DNA of 55,742 nucleotides, from NCBI GenBank assembly GCA_945788685.1, contig CALZMZ010000002.1, positions 1-55,742 of the forward strand, given 5' to 3'. The position numbers and the translations under genes were made by a program. Origin of the DNA: Thermodesulfovibrionia bacterium. Its GTDB lineage: Bacteria; Nitrospirota; Thermodesulfovibrionia; UBA6902. Each line of letters starts with the position of its first letter. Position 1 is the stretch's first letter. The notes beneath the pieces are model-generated. The model saw nothing but the letters and a program-made list of their open reading frames with translations, ran no database searches and had not been told where the DNA came from. Below are positions 1-9,849 of the stretch, piece after piece.

Positions 1-90
1 CAGGAACGAAAATACATATGTCCTGAGTGCAGTGATGCTATTTGTATTCACAATAATAAATGCTATACTTGTGAGCCAATTATTCGATGA
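1..90 (+). CDS. 3' end of an upstream gene (zinc-ribbon-like C-terminal tail, partial)
   Basis: Frame 1 is open from the window edge to TGA at 88-90. It reads QERKYICPECSDAICIHNNKCYTCEPIIR*, with two CxxC pairs. No start codon lies in the window. Confidence 0.35.
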   Translation, partial: QERKYICPECSDAICIHNNKCYTCEPIIR

Positions 91-116
91 AAAATCTTAT
101 TTAATAAAAGAGGGAA

Positions 117-731
117 ATGTTTAGCTCAGAGTTTCTCCTCACATCACTGGTGGTTGTACTGGTACCGGGAACAGGAGTGATTTATACGGTATCAACAGGT
201 CTTTTTCTTGGTTGGAGAGCAGGCATTGCAGCAGCATTCGCTTGCACCGTTGGAATTGTACCGCACTTAATCGCCAGCATTCTTGGGTTATCTGCTATTC
301 TTCATGTGAGCGCTGTAGCCTTTCAGGTTATTAAATATATTGGTGTTGTCTATTTGCTCTATCTTGCGTGGTCAATGTGGCGTGATACAGGGGTATTTAA
401 ATTTAATTCTTCTCAGTCACCAAATGGCGTGTGGAAAGTCGTAAGGAGAGGGTTCCTGATAAATATTCTTAACCCGAAACTGTCGATATTTTTTCTGGCA
501 TTCCTGCCGCTTTTTATTTCACCTGAGACTTCATCTCCGATAATACAAATGGTCCTTCTCGGCATAGTATTCATGGCCATGACATTAATTATTTTTATTC
601 TGTATGGCATTTTGGCAAACGGAGTTCGCAGGTACGTTGTTAATTCTCCGAGGCTGACTGTCATGCTGCAACGATCATTTGCAGCAACCTTTGCAGCCCT
701 TGGTGTCAAGCTTGCAATGTCTGATCAATAA
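117..731 (+). CDS. LysE/RhtB-family amino-acid exporter
   Basis: 204-aa polytopic membrane protein. The N-terminal LVPGTGVIY segment and overall ~6-helix layout are typical of LysE/RhtB translocators. Confidence 0.8.
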   Translation: MFSSEFLLTSLVVVLVPGTGVIYTVSTGLFLGWRAGIAAAFACTVGIVPHLIASILGLSAILHVSAVAFQVIKYIGVVYLLYLAWSMWRDTGVFKFNSSQSPNGVWKVVRRGFLINILNPKLSIFFLAFLPLFISPETSSPIIQMVLLGIVFMAMTLIIFILYGILANGVRRYVVNSPRLTVMLQRSFAATFAALGVKLAMSDQ

Positions 732-756
732 TATCGGCTAAAAAACACATATCGAA

Positions 757-879
757 ATGAAAGACTTACGCAGAAAAGACTTGGCTATTACTGATGAAGA
801 AGCACTTAAGTAAGTCGATAATTATCTGGAGAAGATTATACTACCAATAAAGATCTTATACTATGCCTGCTTTACTTGA
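757..879 (+). pseudogene. Possible remnant of a pyridoxamine-5'-phosphate-oxidase-family gene (N-terminal stub with in-frame stop)
   Basis: Reads MKDLRRKDLAITDEEALK*VDNYLEKIILPIKILYYACFT*. The RRKDxxITD start is the usual N-terminus of PNPOx-like proteins. There is an in-frame TAA at 811-813, and the frame ends just before hicA. Confidence 0.25.
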
Positions 880-923
880 TAATATTCGTGACTTTTCATT
901 TTTCTCCTGATAGACTACTCGAA

Positions 924-1184
924 ATGAGTAAGTATGAAAAATTAATGTTGCGCATATTACGAGGTTCGTCTGATGCAAACATATCTTTTGATGATTTATG
1001 CAACTTATTGATGCAAGTGGGATTCGAAAAACGCACGAGAGGCAGTCATCATATGTTTAGAAAAGAAGGCATACTCGAAAAAATCAATTTGCAACGTGAT
1101 GGAAACAAAGCAAAAGTGTATCAGGTTAGACAAGTTAGAAACATTATTTTAAAATATGAATTAGGAGGAAAATCTGATGTTTAA
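924..1184 (+). CDS. hicA: HicA-family mRNA-interferase toxin
   Basis: 86 aa from the ATG at 924; the track ORF begins at an upstream TTG at 876. It carries the RGSHHMFRKEG motif and a basic C-terminus, and overlaps the downstream hicB by 8 nt. Confidence 0.8.
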   Translation: MSKYEKLMLRILRGSSDANISFDDLCNLLMQVGFEKRTRGSHHMFRKEGILEKINLQRDGNKAKVYQVRQVRNIILKYELGGKSDV

Positions 1185-1389
1185 GTATGAAATCATAATT
1201 TACTGGAGCGATGAGGATAAGGTATATGTAACTGAAGTTCCTGAATTGCCTGGCTGTACTGCGCATGGCGAATCGTATGATAAAGCTTTAGTGAATGCTC
1301 AGGAAGCAATTAGATTATGGATTGATACTGCTAAAGAATTTGGTGATCCGATCCCGGAACCCAAAGGCCGCCGCTTAATGTTTGCTTAG
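1177..1389 (+). CDS. hicB: HicB-family antitoxin (short, UPF0150-type)
   Basis: 70 aa. The YEIIIYWSDEDKVYVTEVPELPGCTAHGESYDKALVNAQEAIRLWI segment is the classic HicB N-terminal fold. GGAGG lies upstream and the gene is translationally coupled to hicA. Confidence 0.85.
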   Translation: MFKYEIIIYWSDEDKVYVTEVPELPGCTAHGESYDKALVNAQEAIRLWIDTAKEFGDPIPEPKGRRLMFA

Positions 1390-1502
1390 CATACCCCCTT
1401 TTAATTTAATATCCCCATTGTCAGCCAGAGTTGAGAATGTTATTATTCTCAATAACCAGCATCGATTACCGAACATAACAAAAATCTTTCAGGAGGTATG
1501 TA

Positions 1503-2627
1503 ATGGCTGATTTATTTGATAAAACTAAAATTAAGGAAATGACTTTGCAGAACCGTCTTGTGCGATCAGCTACATGGGAAGGCATGTGCGATAATGACGG
1601 TAGACCGACAGAAAAACTGATTAACTGTTACCGTGATCTTGCAAAGGGCGGTGTCGGTCTGATAATGACAGGCTATACGTTTGTCAGGCCTGAAGGTAAG
1701 CAGCTTCCGGGGAAGATGGGCATTCATACCGATGAATTTGCAGATGAGATGATATCCATGACAAAAGCTGTCCATGACTCAGGGGGAAAGATATGTATTC
1801 AGCTTGTGCATGCAGGTGGACAGACAGACTCACGTAATGCAGGCAGGCAGCCCTTTGCTCCATCAGCTGTTCAGACAGAACAGTTTCCTGAAATGCCCCG
1901 GGAACTGTCCAAAGACGATATTACAGAAATTGTTACTGCATTTGGTGATGCAGCAAGACGGGCTAAATCTTATGACTTTGATGCTGTCCAGCTTCACGGC
2001 GCGCATGGTTATCTGATTAATCAGTTTCTGTCACCTCATTTAAACAAAAGAACAGATGAATACGGCGGAAGTATTGAAAACCGGTGCCGCTTTCTTCTAG
2101 AGGTTTATCGTACAGTACGGGAAGCAGTTGGAAATGATTATCCTGTCATGATAAAGCTGACCGGGACGGATTTCCTGGATGGGGGTCTAAGCAATGAAGA
2201 GGCTGTATTTGCTGCAAAGAAGCTGTCTGATGAGGGAGTGGATGCTATAGAAGTCAGCGGAGGAACACCGGCATCCGGTGAGCAAAGCCCTGCCCGCACC
2301 AAGATCAACAGGCCGGAGAAGGAAGCTTATCATCTTGAACTTGCAAAGAATATTAAAAAAGCGGTTGACTGTCCTGTAATGGTTGTTGGCGGCTTCAGGA
2401 GTTTTGAAATTGCTGACAGGATTATAAATGAGGACGCTATGGATTATATATCGATGTCCCGTCCATTTATAAGAGAGCATGACCTGGCCAATCGCTGGAA
2501 GCGCGGTGACACAGCGCCTGCAAAGTGTATCTCCTGCAACAGCTGTTTTTTACCGGGTATAAAAGAGGGCGGGATTTATTGTGTAGTGGAAAAAAAGCTG
2601 AAGGAGAAAAAGCAGGAGAGTTCCTGA
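1503..2627 (+). CDS. Old-Yellow-Enzyme-family NADH:flavin oxidoreductase with C-terminal Cys cluster
   Basis: OYE TIM-barrel motifs are present (HGAHGYLINQFLSP, RTDEYGGS). The C-terminus has CISCNSC...C, resembling the Fe-S motif of FadH-type enzymes, but no reductase domain follows. AGGAGG RBS. Confidence 0.88.
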   Translation: MADLFDKTKIKEMTLQNRLVRSATWEGMCDNDGRPTEKLINCYRDLAKGGVGLIMTGYTFVRPEGKQLPGKMGIHTDEFADEMISMTKAVHDSGGKICIQLVHAGGQTDSRNAGRQPFAPSAVQTEQFPEMPRELSKDDITEIVTAFGDAARRAKSYDFDAVQLHGAHGYLINQFLSPHLNKRTDEYGGSIENRCRFLLEVYRTVREAVGNDYPVMIKLTGTDFLDGGLSNEEAVFAAKKLSDEGVDAIEVSGGTPASGEQSPARTKINRPEKEAYHLELAKNIKKAVDCPVMVVGGFRSFEIADRIINEDAMDYISMSRPFIREHDLANRWKRGDTAPAKCISCNSCFLPGIKEGGIYCVVEKKLKEKKQESS

Positions 2628-2752
2628 TCTTATACATTTACTACTGGACTGTCGCACCTCTTTGCTTATTAATTAATATATTACAAGGTAAATTTGCTTT
2701 TATACATGAATGATGATAAACAATATATCATTCAGGTTTACCGGAGGGAAAA

Positions 2753-3958
2753 ATGTACAAAGCAAAAAAAATACCAATATTTCTATTAATTATTGTCACA
2801 GGCAGTTTTTTTATGTACAGTTGCGGATCGAATGCGGATAGGGAACTGACATCAGCCAAATCAGCACCACGTATTACCAAGTCTGATGATAAAGCAATTC
2901 AATACCTGTACAATAAAATGGAACTGATTGCTGCAGAATCACATGATCTCGAGATAATTCATATCGCTTCAATTTTGCCTGTAGAAGTTGACAGCTCAAC
3001 AGTACAGGCAAATGATATTATTATACAGGGGAAAAAAGCCTTTATTGCATATAACTTCGCAGGAGATCCATTCAGAGGCGCTATTCAAATACTTGATATA
3101 AACAAACCTGAACATCCGGAGATTGTACAAGAAATAAAATTTATGGATATGGAAATCAATGCGTTGTACATTGATGGACAAAAACTCTATTTTGCAGGAG
3201 CTGCTGATCCTGATGTCTGGGACTTTAAATCATTTATCGGAAGACTTGATGATTTTGAAGTAATGAATTTAGACAGTGCAGAAAACAGTATTGTGGGACT
3301 CTCAAGCCATGCTGCAACCGGAATAGCAAAGAAAAGTAATTTATATGTCGGGGTAGGGGCTGCCGATGGGAAACTTGAGGTCGTCGATAAGGACCTTAAT
3401 ATAATAGACTCTGTTGATTATCCTGATATAAGAGATGTAGACGAATTTCAGAACGGGATTGTGGCACTTGCAGGAACAACGGATAATACAAATACCCATG
3501 GCAGTGTATTGATTTTTGACAAGAATGATCTTCAGCATCCTGTTGAAATAGCTATTGCCGATTTCAGTTCTGATTACCATAAGGCAACCATTGAGGTGCA
3601 TAAGGGAAAGACACTGCTTCTGGGGCTTTCTGAAGCGGGCTTTAAAGCCATGGATTTAAAAAATGATACGTATGAAATTATCTATGAGTTGGCCAACCCG
3701 GAAGATGAAAACGTACTTGAGACTAATACCAACAGTGTATCTTCAGATGCAGACCTGATCTTTACTGCAAACGGTGCCTTTGGATTCCGAGTGTTTAGGA
3801 TAAATGATTCTGACTTTGAAAATATTGACTTGATCGGTCATGTGTCATTTAAAGACCAGAACTTTTCAGCAAATCATATTGAATTCAAGAGTAAACACCT
3901 GTTTGTTGCAAGCGGTCTGGGGGGAGTGAATATTTACCTGCTGCAACACCTGGATTAA
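2753..3958 (+). CDS. Secreted/lipid-anchored beta-propeller-like protein (LVIVD-repeat-like)
   Basis: Signal peptide with Cys24 (FFMYSCGS). Repeated segments resemble LVIVD repeats (AFIAYNFAG..IQILDINKPEHPEIV; LFVASGLGGVNIYLL). Confidence 0.55.
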   Translation: MYKAKKIPIFLLIIVTGSFFMYSCGSNADRELTSAKSAPRITKSDDKAIQYLYNKMELIAAESHDLEIIHIASILPVEVDSSTVQANDIIIQGKKAFIAYNFAGDPFRGAIQILDINKPEHPEIVQEIKFMDMEINALYIDGQKLYFAGAADPDVWDFKSFIGRLDDFEVMNLDSAENSIVGLSSHAATGIAKKSNLYVGVGAADGKLEVVDKDLNIIDSVDYPDIRDVDEFQNGIVALAGTTDNTNTHGSVLIFDKNDLQHPVEIAIADFSSDYHKATIEVHKGKTLLLGLSEAGFKAMDLKNDTYEIIYELANPEDENVLETNTNSVSSDADLIFTANGAFGFRVFRINDSDFENIDLIGHVSFKDQNFSANHIEFKSKHLFVASGLGGVNIYLLQHLD

Positions 3959-3961
3959 AAA

Positions 3962-4714
3962 TTACATACCCGGACCTTTCTTCAAATGCATCAGAAACTC
4001 AACATTGCCTTTAGGACCCTTTACAGGAGATGTTGCTGATCCCAGGACTTCAAGTCCCATGGATTCTGACCCGGCCTTTATTTTTTCCATGACCTTCATG
4101 TGAATACTCTCTTCCCTCACCACTCCTCCCTTGCCCACATCTTTTCTCCCAGCTTCAAACTGGGGTTTGATTAAGGCCACGATTGACCCTGCAGGTTTTA
4201 AGAATTCCAAAACCTTTGGGATGACTTTCAGAAGAGATATAAAGGAAACATCGATCACTGCAATATCTATTGTATCCTGTACAGAATCATTTTCAATGTA
4301 CCGTATGTTGGTTTTTTCCAGCACTGTAACCCTGCTGTCATTCCTGAGTTTCAGGTCAATCTGGCCATAACCGACATCAACAGCATAAACTTTAACAGCT
4401 CCGTTCTGTAACAGGCAGTCTGTAAAGCCGCCAGTAGATGCACCCACATCCATTGCCACTTTGTTTGATACATCTATATCAAACTCTTTTAATGCATGCT
4501 CAAGCTTCAGGCCGCCACGGCTAACATAGGGCATTTTATGCGCCAGGGTAAGTTCATCATCAGGCCTTACCTGTGCTCCTGCCTTGTCAACAATAATACC
4601 GTTGACTGAAACACTGCCTTCAAGGATCAGGGCCTTTGCCTTTTCCCTGCTTGCAACAAGGCCTTTATCAAAGAGCATCCTGTCCAGACGCTCTTTTTTT
4701 AATGGTGTAGCCAT
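3962..4714 (-). CDS. tlyA: TlyA-family rRNA 2'-O-methyltransferase (S4 domain + FtsJ-like MTase)
   Basis: N-terminal S4 RNA-binding segment (RLDRMLFDKGLVASREKAKALI) and SAM motif DVGASTGGFTD. Conserved position downstream of dxs. Confidence 0.9.
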   Translation of the reverse strand: MATPLKKERLDRMLFDKGLVASREKAKALILEGSVSVNGIIVDKAGAQVRPDDELTLAHKMPYVSRGGLKLEHALKEFDIDVSNKVAMDVGASTGGFTDCLLQNGAVKVYAVDVGYGQIDLKLRNDSRVTVLEKTNIRYIENDSVQDTIDIAVIDVSFISLLKVIPKVLEFLKPAGSIVALIKPQFEAGRKDVGKGGVVREESIHMKVMEKIKAGSESMGLEVLGSATSPVKGPKGNVEFLMHLKKGPGM

Positions 4715-4732
4715 GGAATTTAAGATATGAGG

Positions 4733-6634
4733 TCAGTTTTTATTCTTGATTACTTCCGGAGCGGCTGCTTTTCTGTCAACCAGAGTGAGGGCTTCTCTGG
4801 CTATGCCTTCTGCATCAATGCCGTATTTTTTCCTTAAAAGCTTCTGGGGACCCTGTTCTATAAAACTGTCCGGCAGGCCGAGTATTTTTATCTTAAGTCC
4901 TTCTAAACCGGCTTTGGTCAACTCCTCCAGTACTGCACTACCAAAACCACCGGACACTGCATTTTCTTCCACCGTTATAATCCTTTTGATTTGATCTGCA
5001 TAACCGTAGATCAGGTCCATATCAAGGGGTTTGACAAAGCGGGCATTAATCACCGTTGCACCTATCCCTGCATCACTGATAAATTTTGCTGCTTCAAGTG
5101 CCGGGAGCACTGTACTGCCTATGGCAATGATCAATACATCCTTTCCCTCGTTAACGACTTCTCCATTGCCAAGTGGTATCGTTTTGATATCGCTGCCTTC
5201 GTCGCTGTCCACAACAGAGGCCCTCGGATATCTGATTGCTATGGGACCGTTATGATGTACAGCGGTCTTCAGCATGCACCTGAACTCGTATGCATCTTTT
5301 GGGGCCATAACAACGAGATTGGGGATATGTCTCAGGTATGAAAGGTCAAATGTCCCGTTGTGTGTAGGTCCGTCATCTCCCACTATGCCTGCTCTGTCTA
5401 TTGCGAATACAACAGGCAGTTTCTGAAGACAGACATCATGAATGATCTCATCATACGATCTCTGAAGAAACGTTGAATAGATTGCCACGACCGGTTTTAC
5501 TCCTCTGGTGGCAAGACCTGCGGCAAATGTTGTTGCATGGGGCTCTGCAATTCCGACATCATAAAACTTTTTTGGAAATGTCCTGACAAACTCTGAGAGC
5601 CCGGTGCCTTCGGTCATGGCAGCGGTGATGGCAACAATCCTGCTGTCTTCCTTTGCGAGTTCCGTGAGACAGTTGCCGAATATCTCACTGTATGACTTCG
5701 TAGGTTTTGAAGGTAAGGAACCGGTTTCTATATCAAAAGGTCCGACACCGTGAAAGATGTTCGGATTTTTCTCTGCGGGTTCATACCCTTTGCCTTTCTT
5801 GGTGATGGTGTGAATCAAGACAGGTGACGGGAAATCCCTGAACCGCTGCAGAGTTTCGATAAGTATATCGATTTTATGACCGTCAACCGGACCGACATAT
5901 TCAAACCCCAGTTCTTCAAAGAGCAGTCCGGGCACAATAAAACCCTTTACGGTCTCCTCTGTCTTTTTTGCGATTTTCAGGACAGGCTCACCCACCGATG
6001 GGATTCTCTCAAGAAGATGTTTGGTTTCTTTCTTGAACTTTGTATAAAGATCACCCATAAGCATCCTCCGTAAATAGGCTGACAGGGCGCCCACGTTAGG
6101 AGAGATGGACATTTCATTATCATTCAGAATAACTATCAGGTCTTTCTTTAAATGCCCTACGTGATTGAGCCCCTCAAAGGCAAGTCCGGCGGTCATTGCA
6201 CCGTCACCGATAACAGCGATCGACTTAAAATCCTCTTTCATCTGATCTCTTCCCTCAAGTATGCCAAAAGCGGCAGAGATCGAGGTTGAGCTGTGACCGG
6301 TTCCGAATGAGTCATGGGGGCTTTCTGACATCTTTGGAAAACCTGACAGTCCTTTATGTTTTCTTATCGTTGAAAACCTGTCATACCTGCCTGTCAAAAG
6401 CTTATGGGCATAAGCCTGGTGGCCGACGTCCCAGATGATTTTATCTTTAGGTGAGTCAAAAACATAATGAAGCGCTAAAGTAAGATCGATAGAGCCAAGA
6501 TTTGAGGCAAGATGCCCGCCGTTGGTTGCAACGGTCTCGATGACTATTTCACGCATCTCCTCTGCCAGTTGTTTTAAGTCATCAATTGTCAGATCTTTAA
6601 TGTCCTCAGGACTTTTTATATTTTCTATCTTCAT
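4733..6634 (-). CDS. dxs: 1-deoxy-D-xylulose-5-phosphate synthase
   Basis: 633 aa. Motifs present: GGHLASNLG, DVGHQAY, GDGAMTAG (ThDP) and a transketolase-like C-terminus. ispA-dxs synteny. Confidence 0.97.
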   Translation of the reverse strand: MKIENIKSPEDIKDLTIDDLKQLAEEMREIVIETVATNGGHLASNLGSIDLTLALHYVFDSPKDKIIWDVGHQAYAHKLLTGRYDRFSTIRKHKGLSGFPKMSESPHDSFGTGHSSTSISAAFGILEGRDQMKEDFKSIAVIGDGAMTAGLAFEGLNHVGHLKKDLIVILNDNEMSISPNVGALSAYLRRMLMGDLYTKFKKETKHLLERIPSVGEPVLKIAKKTEETVKGFIVPGLLFEELGFEYVGPVDGHKIDILIETLQRFRDFPSPVLIHTITKKGKGYEPAEKNPNIFHGVGPFDIETGSLPSKPTKSYSEIFGNCLTELAKEDSRIVAITAAMTEGTGLSEFVRTFPKKFYDVGIAEPHATTFAAGLATRGVKPVVAIYSTFLQRSYDEIIHDVCLQKLPVVFAIDRAGIVGDDGPTHNGTFDLSYLRHIPNLVVMAPKDAYEFRCMLKTAVHHNGPIAIRYPRASVVDSDEGSDIKTIPLGNGEVVNEGKDVLIIAIGSTVLPALEAAKFISDAGIGATVINARFVKPLDMDLIYGYADQIKRIITVEENAVSGGFGSAVLEELTKAGLEGLKIKILGLPDSFIEQGPQKLLRKKYGIDAEGIAREALTLVDRKAAAPEVIKNKN

Positions 6635-6643
6635 GACTGTTAA

Positions 6644-7531
6644 TTAATTTCTCCTTGATAATATATATCTGGCGATCTCTGCCAGCGGCTCGGCCCTGTG
6701 GTTAAGGCTTTTTATTGAATCGAGAGAATCATGTATCAGATCCTCTGCAATGCTCTGCGATTTATCCAGTCCGAATATGGAAGGATATGTGTTTTTTCCT
6801 TTTGCACCATCCGCACCGGCAGACTTCCCAAGTTCCTCTCTTGTGCCTGTAACATCAAGGATATCATCAATGACCTGAAATGCAAGACCTATCTTTTCTC
6901 CATAGCTGGTCAGGGCATTGAGTCTGGCCGGGGGTGCTTCTGCCATTAACGCCCCGATGCGCACAGAAGCCCTTATTAATGCACCGGTTTTATGGGTATG
7001 AATGTAGTGAAGCTCTTTTTTCTTTGCTTTTTTGCCCTCGAGAATAATATCTACAGTCTGACCTCCGACCATGCCTTCAGGACCGCTTGCACGCGACAGC
7101 TCACTGATAATATTCACTAGTGTTTTCGGTTTTGCACCGGATTGAGATATCATATGAAAGGCATCTGTCAGCAGTGCGTCACCAGCAAGTATGGCGGTAG
7201 CTTCCCCATACACTTTGTGTGTAGTAGGCTGGTTCCTTCTGAAGTCGTCATCGTCCATGGCGGGGAGATCATCATGTATAAGTGAATATGTGTGTATCAG
7301 CTCAAGTGACGCAGCAACAGGAAGAATTTTATCAGACGTGCCGCCGACCGCTTCAAAGCCTGCAATGCATAGAATGGGCCTCACTCTCTTTCCGCCGGCA
7401 GTGAGAGCATAGCTCATTGCTTCAGACAGGTGTTTGGGGCAGTCCTTGTCTTTTTTCTTTGAGGAAATGTATTTCTTCAGAAAACTGTCCACCAGCTTTC
7501 TTTTTTGTTTCAGGTATACATCCAGCTTCAT
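6644..7531 (-). CDS. ispA: (2E,6E)-farnesyl/geranylgeranyl diphosphate synthase
   Basis: Both aspartate-rich motifs are present (LIHDDLPAMDDDDFRR and FQVIDDILD). Lies directly upstream of dxs. Confidence 0.93.
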   Translation of the reverse strand: MKLDVYLKQKRKLVDSFLKKYISSKKKDKDCPKHLSEAMSYALTAGGKRVRPILCIAGFEAVGGTSDKILPVAASLELIHTYSLIHDDLPAMDDDDFRRNQPTTHKVYGEATAILAGDALLTDAFHMISQSGAKPKTLVNIISELSRASGPEGMVGGQTVDIILEGKKAKKKELHYIHTHKTGALIRASVRIGALMAEAPPARLNALTSYGEKIGLAFQVIDDILDVTGTREELGKSAGADGAKGKNTYPSIFGLDKSQSIAEDLIHDSLDSIKSLNHRAEPLAEIARYILSRRN

Positions 7532-7664
7532 GACAGGTTTATTTCCGGAATTAAATTATCTTAAAACACTATAGTATACAAAATATGCCTTACTTTTGTT
7601 GAAATCCGGGACTGCTCATGTAACTGAGTAAATAATATAGATCATCACCTGTTTAGTTGCAAAA

Positions 7665-7805
7665 AAGGATTCAAGGTTCCAAGTGTTTTGATTAAATGAA
7701 TTAATATGAGTCTTACCCATCCTTTTCACCTAAGCCCGTTTTAAAATTCCTTGCAGTACTTCAGCGTTTCATTCGAATCCTCGAATCCTTGCCTCTTAAA
7801 TCCTT
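7665..7805. repeat. Inverted pair of tandem 8-nt units (AAGGATTC/AAGGTTCC ... GAATCCTC/GAATCCTT/AAATCCTT)
   Basis: Left arm 7665-7683 and right arm 7772-7805 lie in the ispA / acyl-CoA ligase divergent intergenic region. Confidence 0.7.
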
Positions 7806-7984
7806 ATAAATATAGCAATCTTACAGAAGTTGGTCCAATAGTCTTAACTGTGCTGATAATAAATTGTGTAATCATTGCTATGTTTGCTAAAAAAAAGAAT
7901 ATTTATTAATATTCTTTTGTGAATATGCTTATAGACAGGCTTAACATTTTGCATATTAGTATGTAGCATAAGAGGAGACCGGTT

Positions 7985-9469
7985 TTGACATTAAGCTCGA
8001 TGTTGTTGGAAACAGCAAGGAATTATCCTAAAAGAGTTGGCATCAAGTTTGAAGAAAGAGTTCTTAGTTATTCTGAGATAGACAAACGTGCCACTCTCTG
8101 TGCCGGAGGCATTATGGATCTTGGCGTGAAGTCCGGTGACAGGGTGGCGATTCTGATGAAAAACTGTCCTGAGTATATAATTTCCTATTTTGCCATAATC
8201 AGGGCAGGTGCCATTGCAGTTCCAATTAATACTTTTTTAATGCCTGATGAAGTTTCATATATACTCAATGATAGCGGATGCAGTCTGCTCATATATGATG
8301 ATTCCTTTGCCGATCATGTGGTAAAAGTAAAAGACAGTATCAGTACATTGAATTCGGTCAGGATTGGAGATATTCCTGAATGTGAGAAAGAATGTGAAGA
8401 GGGATCAGATAATGATGTTGCGGTTTTTTTATACACTTCAGGAACCACCGGTTTTCCAAAGGGCGCCATGCTCACGAACAGGAACCTCATATCCAATGCG
8501 GAAGCAAGCCGCGAAGTTATGGATATAGTTCCCAGGGACAGATTCCTGCTCTTTCTCCCTCTTTTCCATTCTTTCAGCTTAACGGTCTGCGTCATTCTGC
8601 CTGTGCTTACCGGGGCCAGGATAATTCTGCTTCAGTCAGTAAAACCATTTTCAAAGGTGATCAACAGTATCATCAAGGACAGAATCACCCTGTTTATTGC
8701 TGTTCCAACAATCTATAACATTCTTTCAAGAAAAAGGATCCCTGTTATTGCAAAACTGCTAATGAAGTTTTTGATAAAAATAAGAGTATGTGTCTCCGGC
8801 GCTGCTGCCCTGCCTGAATCTACTATCCATGCATTTGAAGCAAAGTTCAATATTCCGCTGCTTGAAGGGTATGGACTTACTGAAACATCACCTGTAGTGT
8901 CGGTTAACCCGCTTAAAGGGACGAGAAAGCCGTCTTCTGTCGGCCCTCCGGTCCAGGGAGTAGAAGCTGCAGCTGTTGATGGTGAAGGTAACAGGGTGAG
9001 AACGGATGAGGTCGGGGAACTGATTATAAGGGGACCGAACGTTATGAAGGGATACTATAATAAACAGGCAGAAACAGACGAAGTACTAAAGGACGGCTGG
9101 CTGTATACAGGAGACATGGCAAAAATAGATAAAGACGGATACATATATATTGTAGACCGTAAAAAGGACCTGATCATTGTGGACGGGATGAATATATATC
9201 CGAGGGAAGTTGAAGACATTGTCATGGAACTGCATTCCATTGAAGAATGCGCAATGGTTGGTGTAGCAGATGGCAGAGGCTCGGAAATATCAGTTCTGTA
9301 TCTTAAGTGCGCTGAAGATGCAACAGTTGATAAGACTGATGTCGAGGGTTATTTAAAAGAACGCGTTGCCCGTTTTAAAATGCCCAGGAGAATAAAGGTT
9401 ATTGATGATTTTCCCAAAACCGCCACGGGTAAAATAAGGAAAAATGAACTCAGGAAATGGGAGATCTGA
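7985..9469 (+). CDS. AMP-dependent acyl-CoA synthetase (long-chain-fatty-acid--CoA ligase-like)
   Basis: AMP-binding signature YTSGTTGFPKG, plus GYGLTE and a C-terminal TATGKIRK. TTG start with GGAG 8 nt upstream; the ATG at codon 6 is an alternative start. Confidence 0.85.
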   Translation: MTLSSMLLETARNYPKRVGIKFEERVLSYSEIDKRATLCAGGIMDLGVKSGDRVAILMKNCPEYIISYFAIIRAGAIAVPINTFLMPDEVSYILNDSGCSLLIYDDSFADHVVKVKDSISTLNSVRIGDIPECEKECEEGSDNDVAVFLYTSGTTGFPKGAMLTNRNLISNAEASREVMDIVPRDRFLLFLPLFHSFSLTVCVILPVLTGARIILLQSVKPFSKVINSIIKDRITLFIAVPTIYNILSRKRIPVIAKLLMKFLIKIRVCVSGAAALPESTIHAFEAKFNIPLLEGYGLTETSPVVSVNPLKGTRKPSSVGPPVQGVEAAAVDGEGNRVRTDEVGELIIRGPNVMKGYYNKQAETDEVLKDGWLYTGDMAKIDKDGYIYIVDRKKDLIIVDGMNIYPREVEDIVMELHSIEECAMVGVADGRGSEISVLYLKCAEDATVDKTDVEGYLKERVARFKMPRRIKVIDDFPKTATGKIRKNELRKWEI

Positions 9470-9564
9470 TTATTTATATGGTGTTGCAACCAATCAGGTA
9501 CTGGTGAGTATATAAATGCAATAATTATTTAGATATCCGGTATCACTTCGGATAGATTATAATT

Positions 9565-9681
9565 GTCATTCTGAACGGAGTGCAGCGAAGTGAAGTCGAA
9601 GCGACCCTCGCGAAGACCCGCATCGGGAATCTCATGACAGTTCAAGCGGAGATTCTTCATCTCTTCGTTCCTCAGGATGAT
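9565..9681. repeat. Intergenic palindromic element (GTCATTCTGAACGGAG ... CTTCGTTCCTCAGGATGA type)
   Basis: Imperfect inverted arms at 9565-9580 and 9663-9681. The track ORF 9529..9717 is read across it and looks like a repeat artefact. Confidence 0.6.
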
Positions 9682-9849
9682 AATGCACTGCTTATAGCTG
9701 CATAATTGCTCTCGCACTTTCTATTTATTTGAATTTAAAGGGGAATGTAGGATATCATAATATCTTATGAAAGCCGTTTTCTTAATGTTGAAAGCAGAAC
9801 ATAAGGCCATGAGGCTTATAGTAGGTGATGATTCGGGTGTGGAGATATA

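Noticed and set aside
7770-7790. TTCGAATCC strings resembling a tRNA T-arm.
   Set aside because: They are units of the 8-nt tandem repeat. No acceptor, D or anticodon stems can be built around them.
9529-9717. 62-aa minus-strand ORF in the acyl-CoA ligase / rmlC intergenic region.
   Set aside because: It lies entirely on a palindromic intergenic repeat (9565-9681). It has no RBS and a repeat-derived peptide.
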